Virus record (IMG/VR): IMGVR_UViG_3300029787_005452
Coordinates: 64,001-128,000 of that record
DNA length: 64,000 nucleotides
Source: a virus
Direction: 5' to 3' (one strand)
Part shown: positions 1-8,738 of the stretch, piece by piece
Numbering within the stretch: the first letter of the stretch is position 1
Layout of the letters: the number at the start of each line of letters is the position of its first letter
The notes under the pieces: generated by a model
The model's database searches: none
Told to the model about the DNA's origin: nothing
What the model saw: only the letters and a program-made list of their open reading frames with translations
Made by a program: the position numbers and the translations under genes

Positions 1-403
1 CAGGCTGATCTGTATTAACATGATAATTATCTAACGTAAACATATAAGTACCTTTTACTATATCATGCGTCCTAGTAAAGACTTCAAAATCCATACTACC
101 TATAAATTGTTTATATAAACAAGTAACACCATAATCCATACAATTCCAAAATTGCAAATTAGGTAAATCATAATCAGGTGTTGGTGTTTCTGGAGAAGAA
201 ACAAAAGCAGTAATAGGAAGTTTATCAAAAACTGCCCCGTATTCAGGTAAAAAAGTTTCAAAGTAAAAAGCTCTACCTGGAATACTTTTCGCAGTTACCC
301 AATGACCTTCTACAAATTCTCCATGACCGTCTTTTCCATCTCGTAAAAATTCTTTTCTTACATAAACTTTTGTATTTGGTAAATTACATATTAATTGTGA
401 CAT
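1..403 (-). CDS. Conserved marine T4-like phage hypothetical protein (3'-truncated by window edge)
   Basis: Manual translation from ATG at 403: MSQLICNLPNTKVYVRKEFL...SIPGRAFYFETFLPEYGAVFDKLPITAFVSSPETP...NLQFWNCMDYGV, open to position 1; resembles a hypothetical family I recall from cyanophages/pelagiphages; not in ORF track. Confidence 0.75.
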   Translation of the reverse strand, partial: MSQLICNLPNTKVYVRKEFLRDGKDGHGEFVEGHWVTAKSIPGRAFYFETFLPEYGAVFDKLPITAFVSSPETPTPDYDLPNLQFWNCMDYGVTCLYKQFIGSMDFEVFTRTHDIVKGTYMFTLDNYHVNTDQP

Positions 404-1216
404 TTAATTACTTACTCCGTTTGGTAATAAAAAACTACTGCTATGAATAAATTCATTATAATATTTTAAATTTTTTATTTCATTTTTATTATTATCAATT
501 GGTAAATAATTACCATCTGAACAAAAATGAAAACCAATAGTACCAGAAGGGTAGGTTGGTACTAAAGTATAATAGTATCTTACCGCATTAAAATATTTCT
601 TTTTAAAATTATACATATCATTAATAAGATCATTATTATAAAACATACTTTCAGATTGTGAAACTACTATACCGTTTTTCTTTAATGCTTTCTTTAAATT
701 AGAATAAAAATTTTCTTTAAATAAAGATGCACCTACGCTAAAAGGATCAGTTGAGTCAATTATTATTATATCATAAAGATTTGTACAATTTTTAATATAT
801 TCAGCACCGTCGTAATTCATAATAGTTACTCTACTATCTTTTAAACCGCATGATATATTTGGAAAATATTTTTTAGATATTTCTATAACATCATTATCTA
901 TTTCTACAAGATTTATAGATTTAACCTTTTTATGTTTGACTACTTCTCTTACTATACCCCCATCTCCACCGCCTATAATTAATACATTATCTGGTTTATT
1001 ATGTACATTTAAAGGTACATGGGTTAACATTTCATGATAATTAGCTTCATCAAATTCGGTTAATTGAATGACACCGTCTAATTTTAAAAGTTTACCAAAA
1101 CGTTTAGTATCGTAAACTTCTATACGTTGATATTTAGAATTAATTAATTCAATTAATTCTCCTTCTATATAAATAGTACTACCGTTTTTTCTATCCCAAC
1201 TATCGTCTATATTCAT
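404..1216 (-). CDS. speE: Spermidine synthase
   Basis: LDGVIQLTEFDEANYHEML, VLIIGGGDGG, IIIDSTDP motifs. Confidence 0.95.
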   Translation of the reverse strand: MNIDDSWDRKNGSTIYIEGELIELINSKYQRIEVYDTKRFGKLLKLDGVIQLTEFDEANYHEMLTHVPLNVHNKPDNVLIIGGGDGGIVREVVKHKKVKSINLVEIDNDVIEISKKYFPNISCGLKDSRVTIMNYDGAEYIKNCTNLYDIIIIDSTDPFSVGASLFKENFYSNLKKALKKNGIVVSQSESMFYNNDLINDMYNFKKKYFNAVRYYYTLVPTYPSGTIGFHFCSDGNYLPIDNNKNEIKNLKYYNEFIHSSSFLLPNGVSN

Positions 1217-1593
1217 TTACGTTTACACATTTTATATAAAACTGTTTCAGCTTTAAAAAAACTTTTACTAAATTCTGCCATTTTTTCTACGTCATACCAT
1301 TTGCATGAAAAAATATCTAAATATGCAGCATTAGTATTATTAGCAAAATGACCTGATACTAAAGAAGTTTCAATTAATTGTGTCATAGAAAACCCTGATA
1401 CTTTAGGATCATCCCCAAAATGGACTACTTGACATTCTCCAAACATTTTCATATCAATAACATCGTTACATAAAGTATTAACATACTCTTTTATTTTATC
1501 TGCATCTCTAATAATATCAGGATTACATTTATATAAATCTACAGAAGTAGACATACCCCATAATTTAGTATCTATAAATTTTTTTTCGTTCAT
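1213..1593 (-). CDS. Divergent S-adenosylmethionine decarboxylase-family (pyruvoyl) proenzyme
   Basis: SpeD-like fold motifs: DLYKCNPDII, GFSMTQLIETSLVSGHF, AYLDIFSCK; lacks canonical ESH cleavage motif. Confidence 0.8.
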   Translation of the reverse strand: MNEKKFIDTKLWGMSTSVDLYKCNPDIIRDADKIKEYVNTLCNDVIDMKMFGECQVVHFGDDPKVSGFSMTQLIETSLVSGHFANNTNAAYLDIFSCKWYDVEKMAEFSKSFFKAETVLYKMCKRK

Positions 1594-1935
1594 TTAACCT
1601 CTATTTATAATTTTTGTATAAACCTCTTTACTATTTAATTCTTTTTCTAAAATATCTTTAATTTTATTACCATCTAATTTATTATCACAGCTAAAAACAT
1701 CAACAGCTGCATAATTAAACTCTGGCCAAGTATGAATACTTAAATGACTTTCAGTTATTACTAAAACCCCAGTTAAACCATGAGGGTTAAATTCATGAAA
1801 TAAATCATTAACTATAGTTGCTTTACCTTTTTTTGCAGCTTTTATAAAAATATCTTTTACTTGATTAGAATCATTTAAAATTTTTGAATCACAATCAAAC
1901 AGTTCAATTAATAAATGAGTTGCTAAAGGTTTCAT
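1594..1935 (-). CDS. speD: S-adenosylmethionine decarboxylase proenzyme
   Basis: HLLIELFDCD, GLTGVLVITESHLSIHTWPE, AAVDVFSC; start corrected to ATG 1935 (TAATG overlap with queE stop). Confidence 0.92.
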   Translation of the reverse strand: MKPLATHLLIELFDCDSKILNDSNQVKDIFIKAAKKGKATIVNDLFHEFNPHGLTGVLVITESHLSIHTWPEFNYAAVDVFSCDNKLDGNKIKDILEKELNSKEVYTKIINRG

Positions 1936-2675
1936 TATACTTTCAATGCCATATCCCAAATGACTAATTGCAATCTTGGACTAAATTTAAAGTTATGTTT
2001 CTTACATAACTCAGCCACCATAGCTGATTTCTGAGTATGTTCCTCTCTACTACCACAACAAGGCATTAACCACACATTTTCAGGATTAACCAGTCCGTTA
2101 TCGATATACTTTTCAAAAAGTTCCTTTTCATCTTCTTTAGAATCGATAACAAATTTAAAACATTCATTATTACTATTATGATGAGCTATAACATCAGGTT
2201 TATATCGACGTTTTTCTGGATCACCATTATTACTCATTTTCGGTGATAAGGTAAAATCTGCATTAAAATCATCATACCACCTATCCATAGGTTTAAGAGT
2301 ACTATTAGATTCAAAATCTATTTTAGGTATAAACCCAAATCTTTCAACAAATGTATCCATCCATAATAATAATCTTTTCTGCTGTAAAAGAGGTTCACCA
2401 CCAGTAATTTTTAATAATGCACCTCTTTTTAACTCTTTATCAAAACCATTTTTTTCATAAAAATCATTAAGCTGGTCAAATGTATATCGATTTTTAATAG
2501 ACCAGGATACAAATGAATCACAACCATGGGGTGAATCTGGAGATGCAAAACCTTGACAAGTTAAATTACACATTGCAAGCCTCATAAAGACTGACGGCCA
2601 ACCAATATATTTACCTTCTCCTTCCACGGTATAAAATACATGATCATCACTTAAAGATAAAATATCGCTACTCAT
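1935..2675 (-). CDS. queE: 7-carboxy-7-deazaguanine synthase-like radical SAM enzyme
   Basis: FYTVEGEGKYIGWPSVFMRLAMCNLTC-x11-CD, ITGGEPLLQQ, TLSPK, KFVI, SPRLQLVIW. Confidence 0.85.
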   Translation of the reverse strand: MSSDILSLSDDHVFYTVEGEGKYIGWPSVFMRLAMCNLTCQGFASPDSPHGCDSFVSWSIKNRYTFDQLNDFYEKNGFDKELKRGALLKITGGEPLLQQKRLLLWMDTFVERFGFIPKIDFESNSTLKPMDRWYDDFNADFTLSPKMSNNGDPEKRRYKPDVIAHHNSNNECFKFVIDSKEDEKELFEKYIDNGLVNPENVWLMPCCGSREEHTQKSAMVAELCKKHNFKFSPRLQLVIWDMALKV

Positions 2676-2681
2676 AGTATA

Positions 2682-2710
2682 ATTATAGTATAGTTCCTCA
2701 TTATTATCAA
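2682..2710 (-). promoter_or_regulatory. Sigma70-like early promoter, TTGATA-N17-TATAAT-N6-ATG of queE
   Basis: Motifs read directly from the sequence. Confidence 0.65.
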
Positions 2711-2775
2711 GATGGAGTATATTATTTATTGATTTTAACCTAATTTTTTTATGTAGTATTTTTTAAATATAGTGT

Positions 2776-2783
2776 TATAAATA
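2776..2783 (+). promoter_or_regulatory. T4-type late promoter TATAAATA, 6 nt before phoH ATG
   Basis: Perfect gp55 consensus; gp55 is encoded in the window. Confidence 0.6.
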
Positions 2784-2789
2784 TTTTAT

Positions 2790-3560
2790 ATGTCAAAAAC
2801 AACCACTACCCGTAAAAGGGTAAAATCAGTGAAGAAACGAGTAAATCTTGTTGATTCGGTCTTAGATAGAACAGTCGAAGCTCCAGTTAATAATTGGGAT
2901 CTTGACTTTAAAATAAATGAAGAGTATAAATTAACTCCTAATCAGGTTGATTTTTTAGTAAAAGCTTTGCAAAAAACGACACGAATGTGTATGATTGACG
3001 GTCCAGCTGGGACAGCTAAGACTTATTTGGCTGTATTAACTGCTTTAAAAATGTTAAATAGAAAACAAATAGATAATATAATTTATATAAGATCTATAGT
3101 TGAAAGTGCTTCTCGGAGTATGGGAGCATTGCCTGGTGAACTAGAAGAAAAATTTGCACCATGGTCAATGCCTTTGATTGATAAACTAGAAGAAATAACA
3201 ACTGCAGGGGCTGGTGGTAATCTAATAAATAAAGGCTATATTAAATGTATACCGGTTAACTTTACAAGAGGTTTAACTTTTAAAAATGCTTGCGTTATTA
3301 TTGATGAAGCTCAAAACATGACTAACCCTGAATTAACTACTATTTTAACACGTTTCGGCGAGGATAGTAAATATCTTGTCGTTGGTGATACTCATCAAGC
3401 TGATATCGGGGTAAAAAGTGGGTTTAAAAACATATTAGAAGCTTTTAATGACCCTATATGTGAAGATGAAGGTATATTGACATTTAAATTTGATGAAGAA
3501 GATATAGTAAGAAGTAAAATTCTAAGATTTATCGTCGAGAGACTCAACACCGTTCAATAA
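2790..3560 (+). CDS. phoH: PhoH-family ATPase
   Basis: GPAGTAKTYLA, LPGELEEKFAPW, RGLTF, IIDEAQN, GDTHQAD, DIVRS. Confidence 0.95.
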   Translation: MSKTTTTRKRVKSVKKRVNLVDSVLDRTVEAPVNNWDLDFKINEEYKLTPNQVDFLVKALQKTTRMCMIDGPAGTAKTYLAVLTALKMLNRKQIDNIIYIRSIVESASRSMGALPGELEEKFAPWSMPLIDKLEEITTAGAGGNLINKGYIKCIPVNFTRGLTFKNACVIIDEAQNMTNPELTTILTRFGEDSKYLVVGDTHQADIGVKSGFKNILEAFNDPICEDEGILTFKFDEEDIVRSKILRFIVERLNTVQ

Positions 3561-3791
3561 TTCCCTCATAGCTTGAGCAAGACCTACTTGTTGAATACTA
3601 ATATTAGGTAAATCTTTTTTTGGTTCCTGTTCTTTAGGTTGAGATACTTCTACCATTTTAGAAAATACATCTTGTTCCAGTTTAACTTGTTGCGGATCAC
3701 GTTCTCTAGTAGAAGGTACACCAGTTGATATACCAGTTTGTATGACAGGAGTTTTGTTTACATTATTCTGATAAACATCCCCTATATCCAT
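3522..3791 (-). CDS. Hypothetical protein
   Basis: Likely start MDIGDVYQNN at 3791, just after the queD stop. Confidence 0.55.
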   Translation of the reverse strand: MDIGDVYQNNVNKTPVIQTGISTGVPSTRERDPQQVKLEQDVFSKMVEVSQPKEQEPKKDLPNISIQQVGLAQAMRELLNGVESLDDKS

Positions 3792-3792
3792 T

Positions 3793-4446
3793 TTAATTAC
3801 CCCATGATGTACCGGCAAATGGATTACCAATACCTTTTGATGTTTTATTATATAAAGGTGGTGTTTGTGGGCCCTGATCTGCTATTGGTTCATTTTTAAC
3901 TTCATCATTAATAATAGCTGAAGCTTCTATTTCCTTTTCTTTTAGGTCATGCAAATTTTTTGCAGTATCTTCATTTTGAATATGGCCTTGATCTTTAATA
4001 GTATTCAATAATTCTTCATATATTGCACTATTACCTTCATGCTCCCAAACTTCTACTTTAATAATTCTAACACGATTATTAGTTTGCTCAGTTACAAATT
4101 TATTAGCATTTTCATATACCCATTCTGCAGTTCTTTCAATACCAACACCTTTTTCTGCAATGCGTAAATCAATCATACCCTTTTCAGACATTAACTTAAA
4201 TGTATCTAACTCTGGATCATCAGCAGCTACTACAGTTGTATGGTCATATTGCTTCTCTAAGAGATTTTTAATCTCTTTACAGCCACCGAAATCATAAATC
4301 CAATTTTTATCATCTAATTCTTCTGCTGTAAACCATAACTTACATTGTAATCTATAGCCATGAATTAATTTACAATGACTATCTGCTCTCCACTGACGAA
4401 AGGCTGTACTACCCATCGGTATAATTTTTGTTGATACATATCTCAT
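3793..4446 (-). CDS. queD: 6-carboxy-5,6,7,8-tetrahydropterin synthase (QueD/PTPS family) with C-terminal extension
   Basis: AFRQWRADSHCKLIHGY, DFGG, YDHTTVVAADDP, VEVWEHEGNSAIY. Confidence 0.88.
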   Translation of the reverse strand: MRYVSTKIIPMGSTAFRQWRADSHCKLIHGYRLQCKLWFTAEELDDKNWIYDFGGCKEIKNLLEKQYDHTTVVAADDPELDTFKLMSEKGMIDLRIAEKGVGIERTAEWVYENANKFVTEQTNNRVRIIKVEVWEHEGNSAIYEELLNTIKDQGHIQNEDTAKNLHDLKEKEIEASAIINDEVKNEPIADQGPQTPPLYNKTSKGIGNPFAGTSWGN

Positions 4447-4452
4447 ACTATT

Positions 4453-4480
4453 ATTATGATAACAATTTAATGAAAATCAA
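4453..4480 (-). promoter_or_regulatory. Early promoter TTGATT-N16-CATAAT-N6-ATG of queD
   Basis: Motifs read directly; its -35 forms an inverted repeat with a divergent -35 at 4499. Confidence 0.6.
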
Positions 4481-4498
4481 CTTTTTTAAAAATAATAG

Positions 4499-4526
4499 TT
4501 GATTTTATAAAAAATAATTTTAAAAT
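4499..4526 (+). promoter_or_regulatory. Orphan early-type promoter TTGATT-N16-TAAAAT with no downstream start codon
   Basis: Same geometry as other early promoters, but predicted +1 (4533) begins AGATAAGAGAGAAGGGACGAGG. Confidence 0.45.
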
Positions 4527-4557
4527 ATCTTTAGATAAGAGAGAAGGGACGAGGTAA

Positions 4558-5643
4558 TCATCTATATCTTTTTACGATCTGCTCGAAACTTTCTTCGTTT
4601 GAATCTAATTTAAATTCTTTTTGATATATCTTCAAATCTCTAGCAAATTTTTTCGTCGTTTTTGGTTGTTTAGTTTGCGATCTTACCACTACAGTACCAG
4701 TTTTTCCATCTTTACCAGTTACTTTATGCAGACCACCAGCAGGACCGACAACTATTATACCAGTTTTAAATTTATCTGCTTCTTTATTTAATTTTATTAA
4801 TAAATCTTTAATTGGAATTCCTTCTTGTTTTGACATATTTTTTAAGTCTTGTTTTAAATCTTCATCCGCAACTTTTTTTCTAGTAGCTATTTTAGGTAAA
4901 TAATCTATAAATGATGCTTTATCCCCGTCAGATGCTTTACCATTTTTATTTATAACATCTTTAATACCAGCTAATTCTTTTTTATCATGCTGGGTTGTAC
5001 TAGTAATAGTTAAAGCTAAGGCTTTTAAAACATCTTGGGACAATTCATCACCAAGCATAAATTTTATAAAATTATCTTTTTGACCCTTTTGTCCTAATAA
5101 TGCTTTTTCAGTTTTTGGAGCTTTTTGTTTAATAAGATCGTCTATATCAGTAATAGCTTTATTTCTTATTTTTTCTTCAGCAGCTTTATCAATAGTACCC
5201 TTTTCAATATTAGCTTCTATTTGGTTATAATAATCAATATCTGAAGCTGATACATCTCTTTCTTTACCTTGTTTATATGCATCCCAAACTCTTTTATATC
5301 TAGCATCATTTTCATATCTTTGTTTTCTTACTGGATCTGTAGGTGTATCACCTTTAACACCATACTTTAAATCTTTTTCTGCTTGTTGAGCTTTTAGTTC
5401 TTCTTGTCTTGCTAAAGCTTCTTGTTTTCTGGCTTCAGCACTTCTCATTCTATAACCTCTCGTACCTGGAATAGCTGCAGCAGCTCTACTTAAAAAACCA
5501 CCAACATTAGCTCCCGGTGCTCGAGGCCCTCTTACTTCATTTAAAACTTTTTGAAAATTAGTTTTTTTAAATCTTTCTAATTTAAGAGATCTTTCAGGTA
5601 AAAATTCTTTTTCAACTTTTTCAAATAATTCTTTATCGGTCAT
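4558..5643 (-). CDS. Lys-rich hypothetical protein, putative late/internal head protein
   Basis: 361 aa ORF; TAAATA-N5-ATG; N-terminus MTDKELFEKVEKE. Confidence 0.7.
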   Translation of the reverse strand: MTDKELFEKVEKEFLPERSLKLERFKKTNFQKVLNEVRGPRAPGANVGGFLSRAAAAIPGTRGYRMRSAEARKQEALARQEELKAQQAEKDLKYGVKGDTPTDPVRKQRYENDARYKRVWDAYKQGKERDVSASDIDYYNQIEANIEKGTIDKAAEEKIRNKAITDIDDLIKQKAPKTEKALLGQKGQKDNFIKFMLGDELSQDVLKALALTITSTTQHDKKELAGIKDVINKNGKASDGDKASFIDYLPKIATRKKVADEDLKQDLKNMSKQEGIPIKDLLIKLNKEADKFKTGIIVVGPAGGLHKVTGKDGKTGTVVVRSQTKQPKTTKKFARDLKIYQKEFKLDSNEESFEQIVKRYR

Positions 5644-5670
5644 TGAAATATTTAATCTATATGGTATAAT
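5643..5670 (+). promoter_or_regulatory. Early promoter TTGAAA-N16-TATAAT-N6-ATG of folE2, overlapping divergent late TAAATA (5649-5654, minus)
   Basis: Motifs read directly; extended -10 TGG TATAAT. Confidence 0.7.
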
Positions 5671-5676
5671 AGATAT

Positions 5677-6729
5677 ATGTCCGAAAAAAATAAAAGTTAT
5701 GAATGGTTAGGTGATGATGTAAGTGAAAGTGAACTTACCGGTGAAAAGGATATTATTGCAAAAGAACTAATGGGAGAAGAATATAGTAAAAGTTACTTTC
5801 CACCTATTAGAGTTTATGATAATAAAGTTAAAGCAGATAGAAAATATATTTCATCATTACCTGACTTACAAAACGGTCCATCAAGTTTAATTCAAGGTGC
5901 TGCGGTGCCTATTCAGCAAGTAGGTATACATAATTTTAAGTTACCTCTTACTTATAAAAAGAGAGACGGTAAGACTATTAATCTTGAAACTAGTGTAACT
6001 GGTAGTGTTAGTTTAGAAGCTCATAAGAAAGGTATTAATATGTCTCGTATTATGAGAAGTTTTTATGATCATAAGGATGATCTATTTAGTATTGATAATA
6101 TTAAAGATGTATTAGAATCATATAGAGAAAATCTTAAATGTTTTGATTCAAGAATTATGCTTAAGATTTCATACCCTATAAAGCAAACAAGTTTACGTAG
6201 TGGTTTAGAAGGTTATCAATATTACGATGTAGTGTTTGAAGGTGATATTACTAAGGATGGTGAGTTTAAGAAGTATATTCACTTTGATTTTGTATATTCA
6301 TCTGCATGCCCTTGTAGTTTTGAATTAAGTGAGCATGCTGAAAAGTATCGTAATCGTGCTACTGTACCTCATAGTCAACGTAGTGTTGCAAGAGTTAGTG
6401 TTAAGTTTGACGATATGTTATGGGTAGAAGATATACAAGAGTTATGTTTAGCTGCTTTGCAAACTGAGACCCAAGTTATGGTTAAGAGAGAAGATGAGCA
6501 AGCATTTGCTGAACTGAATGGTTCTAATCTAAAGTTTGTTGAAGATGCGGTACGTTTAATGTATGAAAAGCTTAGTAGTGAGTCTCGTATTAAAGACTTT
6601 AAGATTGTAGCATCTCATAATGAAAGTCTTCATAGCCATAACGCTATATCAGTTATAGTTAAAGGAGTTAAAGATGGCTTCTCTGCTGGAGTTGCTAGAG
6701 ATGTATTTGAAACTACAGGTTTAAGATAA
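5677..6729 (+). CDS. folE2: GTP cyclohydrolase IB
   Basis: PDLQN, IQQVGI, KGINMSRI, SACPCS, PHSQRS, VKREDEQ, FVEDAVR, ESLHSHNA. Confidence 0.95.
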   Translation: MSEKNKSYEWLGDDVSESELTGEKDIIAKELMGEEYSKSYFPPIRVYDNKVKADRKYISSLPDLQNGPSSLIQGAAVPIQQVGIHNFKLPLTYKKRDGKTINLETSVTGSVSLEAHKKGINMSRIMRSFYDHKDDLFSIDNIKDVLESYRENLKCFDSRIMLKISYPIKQTSLRSGLEGYQYYDVVFEGDITKDGEFKKYIHFDFVYSSACPCSFELSEHAEKYRNRATVPHSQRSVARVSVKFDDMLWVEDIQELCLAALQTETQVMVKREDEQAFAELNGSNLKFVEDAVRLMYEKLSSESRIKDFKIVASHNESLHSHNAISVIVKGVKDGFSAGVARDVFETTGLR

Positions 6730-7161
6730 TTAGTCTAAATTACCTTCTTTACTTACATCAATTAAACCACCTAATTGTTCAATAAATTCTTTACCGACTA
6801 GTATTTTATATTCATTGTCTTCTCTTGAACCTATAGAAAATTTAGTATTAGGGTAAGTCTTACCACCTATTTCAATATCAAATTCGACAACAGGTCGATT
6901 ATCAATAGTAGGCTCTCCATCTGGACCTGAACCTACATTGATATCAATATATTCTTTAATAGGTTTAGTAACAGTTTTATTATTAACTGTATCGAAAGTT
7001 ACCTGTTCTTTATTGTCTTGAATATTAATACCGTGCAAGACATTATAAGCCCCATTACCGCTATCAATTTTAGCTTCAATGGGACCTAATTCTTCAAATG
7101 TTATAGTTTCTATTAAACCGAGAGGTTTATTAGACTCAAAGAATTTTTTAAAGGTAATCAC
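6730..7161 (-). CDS. Retropepsin-like (RimK-associated 'ATP-dependent Zn protease' family) protease
   Basis: IEAKIDSGNGAYNVLH, RPVV, ILVGKEFI; GTG start 5 nt after TAAATA; N-terminus MITFKKFFES. Confidence 0.8.
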   Translation of the reverse strand: MITFKKFFESNKPLGLIETITFEELGPIEAKIDSGNGAYNVLHGINIQDNKEQVTFDTVNNKTVTKPIKEYIDINVGSGPDGEPTIDNRPVVEFDIEIGGKTYPNTKFSIGSREDNEYKILVGKEFIEQLGGLIDVSKEGNLD

Positions 7162-7169
7162 ATTATTAT

Positions 7170-7358
7170 TTATGCTTTACCAGCGTTCTTTACATCTTGT
7201 ATATCTTTTCTAATAGCTTTTGTTAATTTAGCTATTTCCAATAATGCTTTTCTTGCTCGAGTACCTGCAGCTGCGATACCCTTTTCATTAAATTTTTGAA
7301 TTTCTTCTTCAAAAGAATTAAACTGCTCAGTTATATTTTTAATATTTTCTTCATTCAT
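7170..7358 (-). CDS. Histone H1-like Hc1-family small protein
   Basis: KFNEKGIAAAGTRARKALLEIAKLTKAIRKDIQ matches the short Hc1-like family as I recall it. Confidence 0.75.
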   Translation of the reverse strand: MNEENIKNITEQFNSFEEEIQKFNEKGIAAAGTRARKALLEIAKLTKAIRKDIQDVKNAGKA

Positions 7359-7368
7359 AATAATCTAT

Positions 7369-8112
7369 TTAACCATTATAGTTAAAAATACCATACCATG
7401 AGTTTCTATAATCTCCTAAAAAACCATTTTTATACAAATAACATATATCGTGATCGGGATTATAACTTGAAAAAATATCAATTTCATAATCTCTGTATAA
7501 GTTGGTAATTTCATCTAAAATAGGTATAAATACTTTTCTATTAATATTTAAGTTTTCTTTACTTAAAGTATATGAATTTTCTGCTTGAAAATCTTTATAA
7601 AAAATACCATTTTTAATTTTTTCATTTATATATTTTTTATGTTTTACAGTTCCACAAAAAGCTAAATTTGTAACTATAGTTATTTTTGAAAATTTATTAG
7701 TTTTAATTTTTTCATTTATTTTCTTTTTATAATTAAAAAATAAATTGTTTTTTAATTTATTACTATACCAATTAACAATATGGTCTCCTAGTCTAAAATA
7801 AATTACTAATTCATTATCATCAGGTAATTGTAAACTATTTAAATTATTTTTAATATATTTATCAATACATAGTTTAAGTATAGGTCCTGAATAACCTGGT
7901 TCATATAATTTTTTCAATATATATGGATGTCTAAAATATATACCTAAAATAGTATTTTTATATTCCTCATTATATGCTAAATTTTTTCTATTTATTTTAG
8001 TATATGGATCGTAAGTTTTATTAAAATCACCTATCAATATATTAGCCACATTATAATCTAACATATCTTCAGTAATTTTAATTTTATTAAATAATTCTTC
8101 GCTTTTTTTCAT
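7369..8112 (-). CDS. Putative glycosyltransferase (GT11/fucosyltransferase-like motif)
   Basis: LVIYFRLGDH resembles HxRxGD; start corrected to ATG 8112 (ATGA overlap). Confidence 0.45.
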   Translation of the reverse strand: MKKSEELFNKIKITEDMLDYNVANILIGDFNKTYDPYTKINRKNLAYNEEYKNTILGIYFRHPYILKKLYEPGYSGPILKLCIDKYIKNNLNSLQLPDDNELVIYFRLGDHIVNWYSNKLKNNLFFNYKKKINEKIKTNKFSKITIVTNLAFCGTVKHKKYINEKIKNGIFYKDFQAENSYTLSKENLNINRKVFIPILDEITNLYRDYEIDIFSSYNPDHDICYLYKNGFLGDYRNSWYGIFNYNG

Positions 8113-8738
8113 ACTACCCAATTATTATCACATAAATGTATTCCGTAAATATTTTTATAAAAATTTTTATTTTTATTAGTTACTATTTTATTTTCAACCA
8201 ATAAAGTATCTTTATTTTCTTTATAATTATTTGTTAAAAAAGCTGGACCTGCTACTTCCATATTATCATATATATTATCATATTTTTTATTATCATAATT
8301 ATGCAATTTTTTAATTAATTTTTCTATAAATTTATTTTTAGGTGGAGAATATATTAACATAGGATCTATATATTTTTTATAATTTTTATTAGAAAAATAA
8401 TCATTTATTGCATTTTGAGAAAAAAGACAACATTTATTTTCAGACAATAAATTAGTTATATCTTTTTTAAAAATTATATCTAAATCCATATATAAACCAC
8501 CATACTCATACAAATAAAAATATCTAACTGCATCTACTTTATTAATATAATGATTATAACTTTCATAAATTTTATAAAAAGAAGGGTATTTACTTTTTAT
8601 AAAAAAATTATTTTCATCGTCAGTCCATAATTTATATTCCCAACCTTTAAAAAATTTTTTATTTTTTATTTTTAAAGTTAAATATTTCACTGGTAAAGTT
8701 TCAGTAGACCAACTTTGATGTATGGTTTTATATATCAT
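8109..8738 (-). CDS. GT32/OCH1-like DxD glycosyltransferase
   Basis: IHQSW, KLWTD, KVDAVRYFYLYEYGGLYMDLD, AGPAFLT. Confidence 0.88.
   Translation of the reverse strand: MIYKTIHQSWSTETLPVKYLTLKIKNKKFFKGWEYKLWTDDENNFFIKSKYPSFYKIYESYNHYINKVDAVRYFYLYEYGGLYMDLDIIFKKDITNLLSENKCCLFSQNAINDYFSNKNYKKYIDPMLIYSPPKNKFIEKLIKKLHNYDNKKYDNIYDNMEVAGPAFLTNNYKENKDTLLVENKIVTNKNKNFYKNIYGIHLCDNNWVV

Noticed and set aside
404-420. GGAG upstream of the gene starting at 403 as a Shine-Dalgarno site
   Set aside because: Lies in speE coding sequence (GVSN) and is isolated; could be chance
2723-2734. Extra TAAATA (minus) and TTGATT (plus) in the queE/phoH gap
   Set aside because: No partner -10 box or start codon at the conserved spacing; likely AT-rich background
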